A DNA stretch of 64,000 nucleotides, from positions 62,496,001-62,560,000 of the forward strand of contig NC_043006.1 in the NCBI RefSeq assembly GCF_006345805.1. Direction: 5' to 3'. Below are positions 1 to 13,429 of the stretch, one piece after another. Origin of the DNA: Octopus sinensis (lineage: Eukaryota). The translations under genes were made by a program, and so were the position numbers. Under the pieces are notes generated by a model. That model worked only from the letters and a program-made list of their open reading frames with translations. It was not told where the DNA came from and made no database searches. Numbering within the stretch: position 1 is the first letter of the stretch; the number at the start of each line of letters is the position of its first letter.

Positions 1-614
1 CGCTAGTCACATTGTTCATTTGTATGTTTGTGATTTTTCTTGTAGCCGAGGAAGCTGCGAGCATTTTAAATGATAATGTTTCTGATTTAGGCCAGCAATT
101 TGGAACGGTGGGGAAATGGTCGATAGCATTGTTCCCTGTACTTGACTGAACTATATTTCATCTATTCCAGAGGGGTAAAAAGTGAAACTGACTTGCTGAT
201 TACAGCTAGATTTTTAAACATAACGAAATTTTGGAAGGTTTTGCGATGCTCTAACGATTCAACAGGCTGGACATTTCAATAATTCTTTCTACTATAGCCA
301 AAAGTTATGTAAAAGGGAACTAGTCAATTATATCGATCTCTGTTCTCAACTGGTATATAATTTAATGGAAACGAAGGATGAAGGGAAAAATTGGCCTCGA
401 CGAGATTTCAGATAAGCATGTTCAGAGCCGGAAGAAATGCCGTTGCGAATTTTGTCCGACGCTGTAACGATTCTGTTAGGTAATCAAGTCACCTTCTTAA
501 TAATGGTTTAGGTACAAAGCCAGTAATTTTGAGGAGATAGATTTCATCGATACCATTCTTCCCACTAATTGACCGGTGAAGAAACAGTCTCATTATAGAA
601 AAACGCATATTTAT

Positions 615-2155
615 TTATAAATACAAATAAATATACTTTAAGAAATAAAGGTAACCAAAGCAAAGATGAGTGAGAATACGAACATCAAGATTTAGCTTAG
701 AGTACTTTATATGACGTCGAACTTCGTTGTTTCTAGTATTACACTCTAGAAAGTTCGAGAGTATCTTCGATGATGTGCTAGGCTCGTAATCAGCAACTTC
801 GTACATTATGCTTACTTCAATTGTAGTTCTTCATAGACAACTGATTTGGTTTTCACAAGCAGTCAATCTTTTAAATTTCTCAAAACTAGATCACATCTCT
901 TACTAAATAATTACAAGATTCTTTCTGTTCCATTATTTTTCATTTTCATTTTTTTTCGTTCTGTCGTTTCAAAGAACTGCGATTCTAATAACTTGTCAGT
1001 ATTAGATGGGTTTGCTTTATTGGATCTTGATTGTCTAAATGCCTAGTCTCGCTTTTCTTTGTGAATATTTTGTTTTTGTGTTTTGTTTTGTTGTTGTTGT
1101 TTTTTCATACTGTCATAGCAACTTTCCACCTTTGCTGCTTTGAAACAGTAAATGTATTGTTCGAAGATTAAATCTCAGATTAAATCTCAGTTTTCTACTC
1201 ATCGATTCCTGACACTAAGAAAAAGATTACCTAGAGCTACCACAAGTTATACTCTGGAAACAAAAGGAGATAATGGTCCACGCGCTTTCATTTGTCCACC
1301 GAGTTTATCCTTCAGTAATTTTCATTTAGAATAAGAAGAAAACAATTCCATAGACACTTACTGCTACACATAAACCAACTGAGCTTCCTGCTCCCACCTC
1401 ATCAGTCTATTGTTTTTCTACACTTATTGTGAGTAGAACTATTCCATAGATTTGCAATCTTAGGGAGTCACAAGTTATTAAATGCAAAAATAAAAATCTA
1501 TATGATTGTATTTTTGTTGCTTCTATATACACACGATTACTAGAGCAATGGATCAATGTCATTATTAAAGGCGTTGGAAGAGGATCAAAGCTACGCCTTT
1601 TCATACATTGCACCATCGCCATATGTACACTTGTTTGAAGCATCAATTCCGCCTATTGCATGCATATTCCCGGATATTAAACTCCAAGCAGACAATTCTA
1701 TGCCCAAAGCCTCCCTGCGCATGGCAAGATATGCCCCGAAATAAATATTATTCCACACATCACCAATTGTTTTCTTCCAACGCTTCCATTGTAGATATGT
1801 TGACACCCCAACCTATGTTAAGGAAAAACAGAATTATGCCACCCCACTGTTTTATTGCACATCAACGTAATTCATGAGCAAGTTGTCACTGTCCCTTCTA
1901 ACATAGCATTCCTATGCTCTTTTATTTTCCGACATTTATGAAGTAGCTTCCTCTGATTAGCAATACCAGTAAAATTATTCCGAGTGCTGTTACCGTAATG
2001 AGGTTTGAAATGTCTCTCTTTACATTTGGTACAATGCGCTATTCATTGGGCTGCGACCATACAGGATACTACATGGCAGGGATTAGTACACCTGTAATTA
2101 TAGTAAGCCTGATAAGTGCCCCAACTGTTCCTTTTCGCAAAGCACTGAATCACGG
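615..2155 (-). pseudogene. Possible decayed intronless 7TM (rhodopsin-like GPCR) pseudogene
   Basis: Minus-strand hydrophobic segments in GPCR-like order: GTVGALIRLTIITGVL, ISNLITVTALGIILLVLL, CAIKQWGGIILFFLNIGW/VSTYLQWKRW, ALGIELSAWSLISG, NKC, and ILMFVFSLIFALVTFIS near 650-700. Several stops and frameshifts; canonical motifs are only weakly retained. Confidence 0.3.
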
Positions 2156-2159
2156 GGTT

Positions 2160-2250
2160 GTGAATGTATGTATATACAAACACACACACACACACACATA
2201 CATACATGCACACATACATACAAACATACATGCACACACACACACACACA

Positions 2251-2332
<82 letters not shown>

Positions 2333-2579
2333 GGCGTGTTTCAACACATTTCTGTCAGGCGAATTCATTCGTAGTTCAATGGTCGATTCCGGGCTACAGT
2401 GAGAGTCACTTGATCAAAGAGCTAAGCACAGCTACTGAACTCAAAACCACTTTCCCAACCATGTTTCGTAACCGGACCTCCAGCTAAGCATACGGTGATA
2501 TACGAATGCATGTATGTATGTATACATACATATATATGTGTGTGTGTGTATATTTGTGTACGTGTGTGTGTAATGTATG

Positions 2580-2626
<47 letters not shown>

Positions 2627-2640
2627 TACATACATACAAA
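2160..2640. repeat. Compound (CA)n/(TA)n microsatellites, representative of dozens of similar tracts in the window
   Basis: Directly visible; other tracts include 4025-4258, 6848-7000, 9400-9610, 26520-26775, 35570-35720, 46975-47360. Confidence 0.97.
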
Positions 2641-2713
2641 CACAGGTATTCAGTTATCGGGTCATCGAAAAAATTGCTTTCGATGCTATGGATAGCATTG
2701 TTTTCGATGGCCC

Positions 2714-2774
2714 AATAACCGATGAGATGCCGGCGTGGGTTTCCACCCCGACATCCGAAACTCGGAGTTTTATC
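2714..2774 (+). ncRNA. Decayed type-I hammerhead (C3:G8) with long stem II
   Basis: aataa-CCGATGA-gatgccggcgtgg(gttt)ccaccccgacatc-c-GAAA-ctcggag-TT-ttatc. The inverted copy at 2650-2671 reads gataaCTGA, restoring U4 and stem I. Confidence 0.6.
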
Positions 2775-2829
2775 ATGGCTACCGAATAATTGTCACATAT
2801 TTACAGATAAATTCCTCTATTTATATAAT

Positions 2830-4018
2830 ATCGAGGTCTCTTTCATTCCTTTGTTGCCTTGTCATTTCTATGAAACATGTTGTCAATACGCTTTTGCCAT
2901 TTGAGTGGTAGCTTGTCTAGCCCGGATCTGTAAAAGCCTTGTAACCTGGCGTACAGCATCGTCAGAATTAAAATTTATGTTATTCTAGTTCTGGAAGTAG
3001 CGGTTAGTCAGTGGGGGCAAGATCAGGTGAGTATGGTGGAGGATTTCCAAAGGCCAACTCCTATAGTTTCTCCAATGTCAATTTTGTGATGTGTGGTCTG
3101 GCGTTGTCTGGCAATAAAATAGGAGTGGATCTAGTGACTAATTTAGGCTGTTTCTTTTTAAAGTTTCTGCATAATTTGGTCCAGTTAGTTGCAGCATCAT
3201 TTGGCCGTCATTGATGAGCCAGATTTAATGAAACTATAATGTATCACACCTGCGCCAGACCACCAAACATACACCATCAGCTTCTTTTGAGGAATTTTGC
3301 TTTTTGAACTGTGTTTTGGTGGCTCGTCTTTGTCTAACCCTTATACTGAACGTTTTCGGTCGGTTGTTGTATTGGATCAATTTCTCATCACATAATTCAA
3401 TTCGGAAATTATTCACTTTTGTGACGAGAAAGTAGCATCATGCAGGCTTCCAAACGTTGCTGTTTCTGATTTTCATTGAGTTCCTTGGAATCCACTTATC
3501 CAACTTTTTCACCTTACCGATTTGAACTAGGTGAGTCACTATTGTTTGCTTGTTAACACGAAACAACAACACGGGCACTTTGAGATGGATCTGACTCAAA
3601 GGTGGCTTTCAGTTCGTCATTGTCCCCCTTTGTTTCTGGTCGACCGCGTTGCTAATTTGTGAGGTCAAAGTTAATAGAACGAAATTTTGCAACCTAATTT
3701 GTTACAGTCTGCTGTGTAATAACACTACAATGAAATACTCCATTATTATTCTGAGCAGTCTGTGATTCTGTATTTGCAAGAAAGAACTCCTATTTCAAAA
3801 CTGTACAAATTTCCGACTTATCTATCTCTAAACAAAAATAGCAGAAAGCTATTTATAAATACCTTATGAATCGCAAAATATGATAGAATGACAAAGAAAT
3901 AGACGTGTCCGCTTTCTAACAAAAAATAAAGATTGTCAAAATATAATGTTGGCGCAAAATGAGCAGATGTCAAAGTTTGCCATATACCTTACTATACATT
4001 TCATACTTGATGACCTAA
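2830..4018 (-). mobile_element. Decayed mariner transposon
   Basis: Minus-strand motifs KKLDKWIP, CDEKLIQYNN, MVCLVVW, DNARPH, PPYSPDLAPTD; terminus gatgacctaa resembles the 29 kb mariner TIR. Confidence 0.85.
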
Positions 4019-4075
4019 CAAATAGATATATTTATATATTATATAGTGTATGGGTATATGTACATATATAATGTG

Positions 4076-4115
<40 letters not shown>

Positions 4116-4194
4116 TATTATATAATGTATATGTATATATATAAATATATACACACAAATATATTATATAATGTATATATATATATATAATGTG

Positions 4195-4243
<49 letters not shown>

Positions 4244-4523
4244 ATATATATATACATAATCTTGTTTTTCTATTACTTGTTTCAGTCATTTGACAGCGGC
4301 CATGCTGGAGCATCCGCTTGAAGGTTTTTAGTCGAACGAATCGACTTATTCGGTCTACTCTGCCGATACAGGGATATTACGAGGGATCCTATCACACCAA
4401 CACCAGCCGTCAAGTGCTGATGAGGGACACACACAGACAGACCCCTCCACACACATACATGCATATATATATATACATTTAAATCCATTTGATCAATCTC
4501 CATAGAAACCATGTAATAAGTTA

Positions 4524-4737
4524 ATAATGTAAAGTATAGAAGCCATCTTAACATGGTTAACCACATAGGGGAGGGGGTGTTACTGTAGCTTTATAGCCCC
4601 AGGAAATCGTCGTCTCCAGCTGGCTTTAGACACCATTTCAGCTGGAGACGACGATTTCCTGGGGCTATAAAGCTATAGTAACACCCTCTCCCCTATGTGG
4701 TTAGCCATGTTAAGATGGCTTCTATACTTTACATTAT
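4524..4737. repeat. Fold-back hairpin, ~99-bp arms, 16-nt loop
   Basis: Arms 4524-4622 and 4639-4737 are reverse complements with three transitions; a related single arm is at ~13150-13230. Confidence 0.9.
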
Positions 4738-6673
4738 CGAGCGATTACTGTTTCAATCTCATTCTGAGATTTAATAAGTTAATATTTAGATAAGTAATAA
4801 GCAAATAAATATTAAACTATTTATTTGCAATTTTCTTTTCCTCCCTCTATTGTGATAAATATTTGGTATATATTTAAAACATTCAAAGAAGTTTTATCCT
4901 TTTGTTAAAATTTCATTCTTAATAATCTTGATTACCCTAAATTTTAACTTTATACGATAAGACAATATTGTTTGAAATGATCTTTAGAAATTACTTGGTT
5001 TATCTCTTTCTTAAATGTCTCTACCCTCCTGATCTTAGTATTTATAAGGCCCTTTATATAAATAACCCTTCTAAACAAGTATCACTAAGAAACTATAAAT
5101 ATCATGTAGGGAGTAACAATAATAACTTCTTAAACCTATAATATATCCCTTAATTTATGAAAAGCTTAGTGTAAAATATGATTTTTCCATAACTTAAATA
5201 TTTCTTTAGCCGATTCCAAACATCAGTCTTTTATTGAAATTAGCTAAATATGTAAATATATAACTTTTCGTCTAATATATTTTGTATTATTATAATTTTC
5301 CTAAAAATGTTCTCTACTGATGTATATATTTTTTACCAAGGCATTAGTAATTAAGTCATTTTATTTCCATTTCTATGTTGTTGTGCCCTACTTCATTATT
5401 TTATTTTATTTCTTTATTATTTTATAATCAGCCTTTATTTATTTATAAAATTAATCTAATTTTTGTATCTCTATATATTAATACTTAGCATATGTAAAAC
5501 TATACTGGTATATTCACTACTTATGAAAAACACTGCTTCGATTAAAATTTTATTAATATATGATTAGCATGTTACTTTATCCCAGTACTCCTTTATTAAT
5601 ACCAGTATATACCAATAAATCAATATTCACAGAGACCATCTGATGAGCTAGAATTTAAGTCTACAATATGTATAAATATTAAGCTATTTCTGGATAATTG
5701 ATTTTCCTCTCTCTATTGTGGTAAGACGTTTGGTATATACTCAAAAGTATTCGTAAATTTCTATCCTTTTGTTATAATATTCTTCTTAATAATCCTTTGA
5801 ATATCCCTATATTTTAACTGTTTATATAGCAACATTGTTTAAAATATTTAACTACAGTACCTTATTATAAGACTTCCCCTGTTTCAATATCGATAGTCTG
5901 CTAATGGGCGCCCTCCTTAATTATCAGCTTGCTTCTCGTTTTAAGTTTTCCCTTACTAAACCTCATGATATTGCTTATAATAAATCTTGATTTTTATGAC
6001 CATGCCAACAAGAATGTATGTCTACTAACTTAGCCCTACCGATAACAGATACTGCCTCTGTTCTCTCAACCTAACATATATAAGCGATTTAATAAACTAG
6101 TCTATTAATTAAAACTGACTCCATAAGTAAAAAAAATTAGTAGCAGACAGAGTCTTCTTGATAATTTTTGTAACTTCTATGCTGAAGTAGAAACGACATG
6201 TTCTTTGTCTATCTCCTTAACTTCTATGAGAGTTTAGGTATAATTATACTAATGTGTCCAGCTGTTCTAATTTAATCAAATACTATGTATTTGTGCAGCT
6301 GAAGTTTGCTCTACATTTTAAATTGATGTAATGATTGTATTGTTCAATTAAATGGAGTTGCATGAAATGATCGTACTGCATTACTTCTGGATATCCTTGT
6401 GGCTTATTTTGATTTTAATCACCTTATTTTGAAATTGTATGGGTAATAGAGTACTAAATACTGGTGCCTCTTCTTAAGTACCGTATTCATCTGAATCTCT
6501 CTCTCTCTCTCTCTGTATATGTATATATATATATGTATATATGTTTATATATAGAGGGCATTATTATACATACATGCCACACGCTAAGAGGGACATTAGT
6601 CATTTCTACCAAAAATTTTACTAATCCTACCCAAATGCAATTTTTCAAAGCAAGACATTTAAAAAATGAATTT

Positions 6674-6717
6674 AGTCTTGTATCACCTGTGATACTTACG
6701 TACTCATCAGCAAGACT
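6674..6717 (-). ncRNA. Decayed minimal hammerhead (C3:G8)
   Basis: Minus strand agtcttg-CTGATGA-gtac(gtaa)gtat-cacaggtga-TA-caagact: perfect 7-bp stem I and core, but the GAAA box is mutated to CACA. Confidence 0.4.
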
Positions 6718-7184
6718 GGTTCTGAACGCATCATAGATAAACGACCTGTCTCGTCGAAGCCAAACAGCTAACTGTTCAACCCCTGATAATTATCTACCTG
6801 ATAATTTTTGTTAAGATTCCTTATTAAGAAGTTAACCTTAATTGTTAAATATATGTATATATATATGTATATATGTATATATATATATGTGTATATATAT
6901 ATATATATGTATATATGTATATATATGTATATATATATGTATATATATGTATATATGTATCTATATATGTATATATATGTATATATATAAATATATATAT
7001 ACACTATATCTTTGATAATTGATGAAGAATTACGGATCTTCTTCTGTGTCTGTTTTCCGTCCGTTTTTGTACTCAAATTACGTTTTCCCCTTCGTCTGTG
7101 CATACATTGTAGTTTTTTCCTTTATGTTTGTGCATTTACTATACAATTTACTTAGTATATATATATATATATATATATATATTT

Positions 7185-7654
7185 AGGAGCGGGCGTTGCT
7201 GTGTCATAACAAGCTTGCTTCCCAATCACATGCTCCTATGTTGAGTTACACTGCGAGGCAATTTGGTTAAGTGTCTTCTACTATAGCCACGGGACCACCA
7301 ACGGCTTGTGAGTGGATTTGGAAGAGGGAAACTGAAGTACGCCCGTGGTGTGTGTATATATACATATACGTATACATATATGTCTATATATACTATGTAA
7401 ATTATATATATATATATATAAATAATTATATATATATGTGTTTGTGTGTCTGTGTTTGTCCCGGACTATCGTTTGGCAACCGATGCTGGTGTGTTTACCT
7501 CCCCCGTAAGTTAGCGGTTTGACAAAAGCGACCGATAGCATAAGTACTGAACTTAAAATCAACAAGTTCTGGGATCCATTTGGTCGATTAAAGGTGCTGC
7601 TCCAGCATGCGGCAGTCAAATGACTTAAACCAATGGAAGAATAAAAGAATTAAA

Positions 7655-7655
<1 letters not shown>
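7185..7655 (+). mobile_element. SINE family A, older copy in tandem with 7687-8124
   Basis: Collinear, diverged homology along the whole length. Confidence 0.85.
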
Positions 7656-7686
<31 letters not shown>

Positions 7687-7689
<3 letters not shown>

Positions 7690-8124
7690 CGCAGGAGTGG
7701 CTGTGTGGTAAGTATCTTGTTTACCAACCACATGGTTCCGGGTTCAGTCCCACTGCGTGGCACCTTGGGCAAGTGTCTTCTACTATAGCCTCGGGCCGAC
7801 CAAAGCCTTGTGAATGGATTTGGTAGACGGAAACTGAAAGAAGCCTGTCGTATATATGTATATATATATATATATATATATGCGTGTGTGTGTGTTTGTG
7901 TGTCTGTGTCTGTCCCCCTAGCATGGCTTGACAACCGATGCTGGCGTGTTTATGTCCCCGTTACTTAGCGGTTCGGCAAAGAGACCGATAGAATAAGTAC
8001 TGGGCTTACAAAAGAATAAGTCCCGGGGTCGATTTGCTCGATTAAAGGCGGTGCTCCAGCATGGCCGCAGTCAAATGACTGAAACAAGTAAAAGAGAGTA
8101 AAAGAGAGTAAAAGAGAAAGAGAG
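7687..8124 (+). mobile_element. tRNA-derived SINE family A, full length, with internal (TA)n(TG)n
   Basis: A box tggctgtgtgg, B box ggttcagtcc, ccttgggcaagt core, 3' gcagtcaaatgactgaaacaagtaaaagag tail; near-identical to 18401-18815. Confidence 0.9.
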
Positions 8125-8682
8125 TATATAAATACACATATATATATATACATCTTAGCTATTATATTAACTGTCATATGTTTAAATTTGCCCAAATGCG
8201 TTTTCTTCTTTCAATATTCAATTTTGCTTGCAATAGCCCGTTCTTTTGATCAAACTATCATATATCTAGCTGCTTCAGATCAAAATTGTCAAAGCGCAGT
8301 ATAACGTTTTATCATTTTTAAAAAGTGTAGTAAGTCCTACATAGATATTTTCACAAAAATATTTTTTACTGAAAACATCACACATGCATGGAGTTATGAC
8401 TTTATGTACCCAACAAATTATTGTTGTTAATATAAAAAGAAATGGAACGGTGAAACTATTTATTCGTTTTCTAAAAAAGCAACGTTTTGGACTTACGACA
8501 CTTCTGCATAATACCAACGATATATAGATATATATATATATATAACATTGATTAGAGAACAAGCATCAAACTCGAGTCAACGACTTTATATAACATAAAA
8601 CACTTTCATTTCAGCATTTCGTTTTTGCAATCGTATAAACCCTTTTCTCTCCATAAAAAGAGGCAAAATTACTTCTTGTCGT

Positions 8683-8722
<40 letters not shown>

Positions 8723-9425
8723 ACAGACACACACACACACACACATACACACACACGCACACATAAATATAGGTATATATATATATATATATATAACGTT
8801 GGAGATAGTGTGCATTATATTTTCGATAGTCTCCCACGCCAAATACGCGAATTGTCGCTTCAAATGTTTATGTATACATGTTTATGTGTGTGTGTATATA
8901 TATATGTACGTATATTTTTGTATGCATGTATGTATTTACATATCGTAATGTAGTTGAAACTAATTGCTGACTTCATATACTTGTGTCATATATAATGGTA
9001 TCGATAAGATATAACAGTAATGAATGTATTGAATGGAAAATCCTTCTCGGGAAGAATATTTGAACATAGGATGTAGTACAACTAAAACAACATTCTGAAA
9101 TACAAATTTAATGCTGCATGAGGGTCGTTCGTGTAGTGAAATATAAAGAGGTGGAACTATGGTCAAATATCATTCCTATCGTTTTGTTACATATTCAGTT
9201 TAAGACTACAGTTTGAGTGTACTTTTCGTTTCGGACATGATTGGGTGTATGTTGGTGACATTTCTAACAGATCATCAAAGAATTCTTGTTTCTGAGAGTT
9301 CTAAGGAAAATCATTGGGATGTCGGCTTTGGTTATCCCTAGGTCACTGTAAATCAATCAACACATTATAGTTAAAGCTCTTCTGCGTGGCGTTCAATCAT
9401 ATAATGATATATATAATATATAGAG

Positions 9426-9475
<50 letters not shown>

Positions 9476-9523
9476 CATACATACGCATATATGTATATAT
9501 AAATATACGTATATATATATATA

Positions 9524-9581
<58 letters not shown>

Positions 9582-10373
9582 TTATACATACGTATATGTA
9601 CATACTAACATCTATACGTATTTGTATATGCATATGTAGGTACACGCGTTCACGAAACGTGTACAAAACAAAATAATACGAAGCACGAGTACATGGAACA
9701 TGAACTATTCTTTCGAGCAACCAAAGCCACAAATGGAAAAGAAAACAAACTACATAAAGAACGGCCCTTATCAGTTGTTGGCTGCTTCCCTAGTGAGTTT
9801 GATTGTCTCTGTGCATATGTCTGTCCCCATTCATCCTTTGACGCATCCATCTTCCCCTCCTCTCTCTCTCTCTCTTTCTCTCTCAGTCTCCCTCTCATCC
9901 CCGCCAATATATATTGCAATTGATGATCGGTTTCTCCGCCGACTTTTCCAATAAGCAACCACTTCTTCTTATAACAGCTCTTACTTATAATGTATTTCTT
10001 CTAAACTTTCTTAATAATGACCCTCAGGTTTTTGAAAAAAATTATTCTTCGTCGTTAATTTCCTATTTTTTCATGACTTTTCATTCCTTTTTTTTCTCAT
10101 CGCCTTCTTCATACGTTTGGTTTGTGCAGCTGATACGATATTACATGACGCGTGTTTATCACACATAGAAACGTATACATGATTTTGTATATTGAAAAAA
10201 ATGTTTCTTGGTCAGACATCATTAATCTTATAAAATTGCATGTAAATGTCAGCATATATTTATATACGCTCTTCTCAATTTATTCAACAAATTCTCAGCA
10301 ATACAAAAATACCATAATAAATTTCGACAACGTAGATAAATGATTATATTGTGTGTGTGTGTGTGTGTGTGTG

Positions 10374-10404
<31 letters not shown>

Positions 10405-10699
10405 TTGTTTGTTCGTGTGTATGTATGTGTGTGTGTTATATGTATACATGTGCATGATTCTGTGTTAAACATTTATATACATGTACATATGATATGATGT
10501 CTATATGTACCTGCTACAGGCCAAATTTCTGTTTTATATTTTTTCACAACTCAACTAATGGCTTGTAAATGTAAATTCTTAATCAGCAGCATAATTTCTT
10601 GCTTCGTGAATCCCAACATCAGAAGATGGGTGCTAAGAAGTTTAGCTACATAATCAGTGCCTCAAAAGTGGCAGCTATTTATCGAAATTCATAGATTCG

Positions 10700-11990
10700 G
10701 TGTTTTGTTTTACTTTATCTGTGGAGGTTGGTGTCTTTTAGCTTCAACTTTTAGTGAAAACATCTGTGTTCTGAAGTTAGCGCTGTACTCTGTCACCGAA
10801 TGCAGAATTCGGTGCCCCATCGGGTTAAGAAACAGCTCTGTCGGTGTTTCGACCCATTTTACTATGATACTAGAGTTGCTCTGTGCCACCCATTGATTTA
10901 GGCAATAGAACTCCTGCACAAGAACACACACTTGTTGATACAGACCCGATGCTTCTACCATCTTCAGTGCTCGTTCTTGCTGCGTCACTTTCCATCTCTT
11001 TTGAGCTAGATGTAATGGATTACTTTCTCCGCGACTTCCGGCAATTTCTGATAATAGCATTTGTCTCCTACGCAGATTTCCAAAAGCATCGAGTGGGCCC
11101 CGCTTCTAATAAATCATCTAAGACTTAACTTTAGAGGAAGGCGTGTTGCTCACCCGACTTTTTTGTTTCAGAGAAGTCTACCAAAGTGTAGTGATACTTT
11201 CCTTCCAGGAAAGGCGTCTCCGACGTTCGACTCCCCAGGAACCGTCAGCTCCACCATCTTCACTGCTTTCCTTTTCTTGCACCATGCATGAAGGTCGCAT
11301 CTCTTGGTGGCAAAATATAGGAAGTGATATTTATTATCAACGTCAAAAGCGACCTCACAAATCCTATCTAATTTTGGATCATTTTTCTTCCTTACAATGG
11401 CTGGCGTGCAGCGCTCACTTTTTCTGGGAAATTTTATTTTTCCATGCTATTCATTTTCTTCTAGTATTTATATTTGGGGTGATTGAGGGGACGTCGTAAG
11501 GTTTTGATGGTGCGGCATTATGAAAACCTGCGCCTTTATACTGCCCAACTATTGATGAGATTGTTACCTCTAATGGAACTTTGTTTCCGTACAAAGCCTC
11601 ACATGCCAGGTTTCGTGGCATTTCTAGCAATTTGCAGATACCAGAGCTGCCGAACATGCTTCATAGTAATATTCTATCACTGTTTGAAAGTTCATCCTTA
11701 GACATTTTCCTACCTTTGATTTTTGTCACCTCTATCATTAAGCAACACATATTGCATTTTTTCCGGAACCTACTCAAACTCCTCTGCTATTGTGGTCCTC
11801 CTTTTTCCTGCAATCTCATGATTCACATCCTTCTGAATTCCCATAATGAATGTTACACTGCGTTTTATTTGCTTTAAAATACATTTTTGTACAGTTAAGA
11901 TTCTCACCATTAACTTCAAATTCCTAGCTAACAATGCTATATCATCCATGAAAGATTTCATAGGGGAGCGGATTATTCACGAATGTACCA
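10700..11990 (-). mobile_element. Decayed RLE-type non-LTR retrotransposon (Hero/NeSL-like)
   Basis: Minus-strand KSFMDDIALL (RT motif), ALYGNKVPLEVTISSIVGQYK and WGVERRRRLSWKE resemble the Hero-type post-RT region; many stops and frameshifts. Confidence 0.55.
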
Positions 11991-13429
11991 CATCACTGAA
12001 ATTGCTCACCCAGCTGTACACTTTCACTCTTCGATTATTTATAATTCTACAGATTTGACGTAGATATTCCGTTAGTACTCACAAAATTTCTCACACGAAT
12101 ATGTGAGAAATTATCAGGCCATTAATAGAGATGACAGAATGGCGTGTACTTTTGCAAAACTTTGCGAGAAGAAGACGACATTTAATTAGACTGAACGCCA
12201 TCGTTATTTATATCATTGCAGTTTGGTCATCACAGTTTTCTTAATTAGAAATTGATTTACCCATCACAAACTTCTATCTTCTCCGCTGGGATACCGGCTG
12301 CGATGATATTCCTATTACTATATTGATGCAGCCGAATCTGGTTACGATGGACTTCATAAAATAAATCCAGGCATGCAGTTTACTTACAATTATTTGCCAT
12401 GTAAGTGGCCGTTGGTGACACCAATACTGATCGAATTTGTGAGATATTTCCAATAGAATAACAGCTTTTTTTCTATTAGCATCTCTACTACTGTTTGCGA
12501 TTGCCAAGATTTATATATCGCAATCGCAAAGACAAATCTGTAATGTATGCTTTCGGAATAATTAGGCGCCAATGTTTCCTTCCATTGCGTCATCCGTCTC
12601 TACACTGCAGCTTAATTGTAACAGAATTTCTTGTTAAATATTTTTCTTTCACATCTATTGAAGAAGTTTCTCCCTGAGAGGGAAGATCAATTCACAATTC
12701 AAGTGTTCTTTTCATTATCTCCAAATGATTCTGTTTCTCATTGTTGTTGATAAAGATAGTGCTTAGATGTTTATTTACTTTTGATAAGATATTGCCACAC
12801 AGCTGTCTTCTATAAATCAACTCTCATTTTGTTTCCGTTTTGCACATTTATATTTGCATTTTTCATACATTTGTTGTCGTTTACTTCTTCAACAACACCG
12901 TCTTAGACTTTTTAAAATGGGTTAAATGTAAGACATTATTTGTAAAATTGTCTCATTCTGTTGTATGGTTAAAACTAGAAATTTTTTGATTACTGTCAAC
13001 ACAAATCCAGTGAGTCTTATATGCATACTTATCAAATATGAACTATCTATGATAGGAATTTTAAAAGACTAATTATTATTTTTTTGAATCATTTCATAAA
13101 AAATGTAAAAGCAATACGAAAGGTTTTTTTTCTTGTCACAGTAACATGGTTGTTCTATAAAGAACTATGTTACTACTACATTTTAACCCCAGGAAAACGT
13201 CTCTACCAGCTGGTTCCTGACACACAACATGTGTCCGATATATTGTAAGGAAGCGAATCACTTCCCTCCAGCTTGGCAAGACCTGTAGAGCATGGTTTCT
13301 GGGTGTTTAGGGTTTCACCGATACTGGATACATGTCTGCTAAAGATGGTAGTCAATCGTTCCTGTGGCGGTCCTATAAAATCAATTATTTACATTCATCG
13401 CTCTCTCAGTTCATAAGAAATGTATTACT

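Noticed and set aside
1998-2789. Many overlapping ORFs rich in YI/HT/CV (also at 4.0, 6.8, 8.6, 9.4, 14.1, 26.5, 35.5 and 48.6 kb)
   Set aside because: Translations of (TA)n/(CA)n microsatellites, which lack stops; not genes.
5640-5680. CTGATGAG hammerhead core start
   Set aside because: No stem II closure or GAAA box follows.
6145-6210. gacagag..TTGATAA..GAAA..ctttgtc fold
   Set aside because: Spacing between core and stems is wrong for a hammerhead; likely chance in AT-rich DNA.
4740-6460. AT-rich block with internal direct repeat (4804-4950 vs 5672-5820), possibly a decayed PLE N-terminal region
   Set aside because: Protein similarity is too weak to call from sequence alone.
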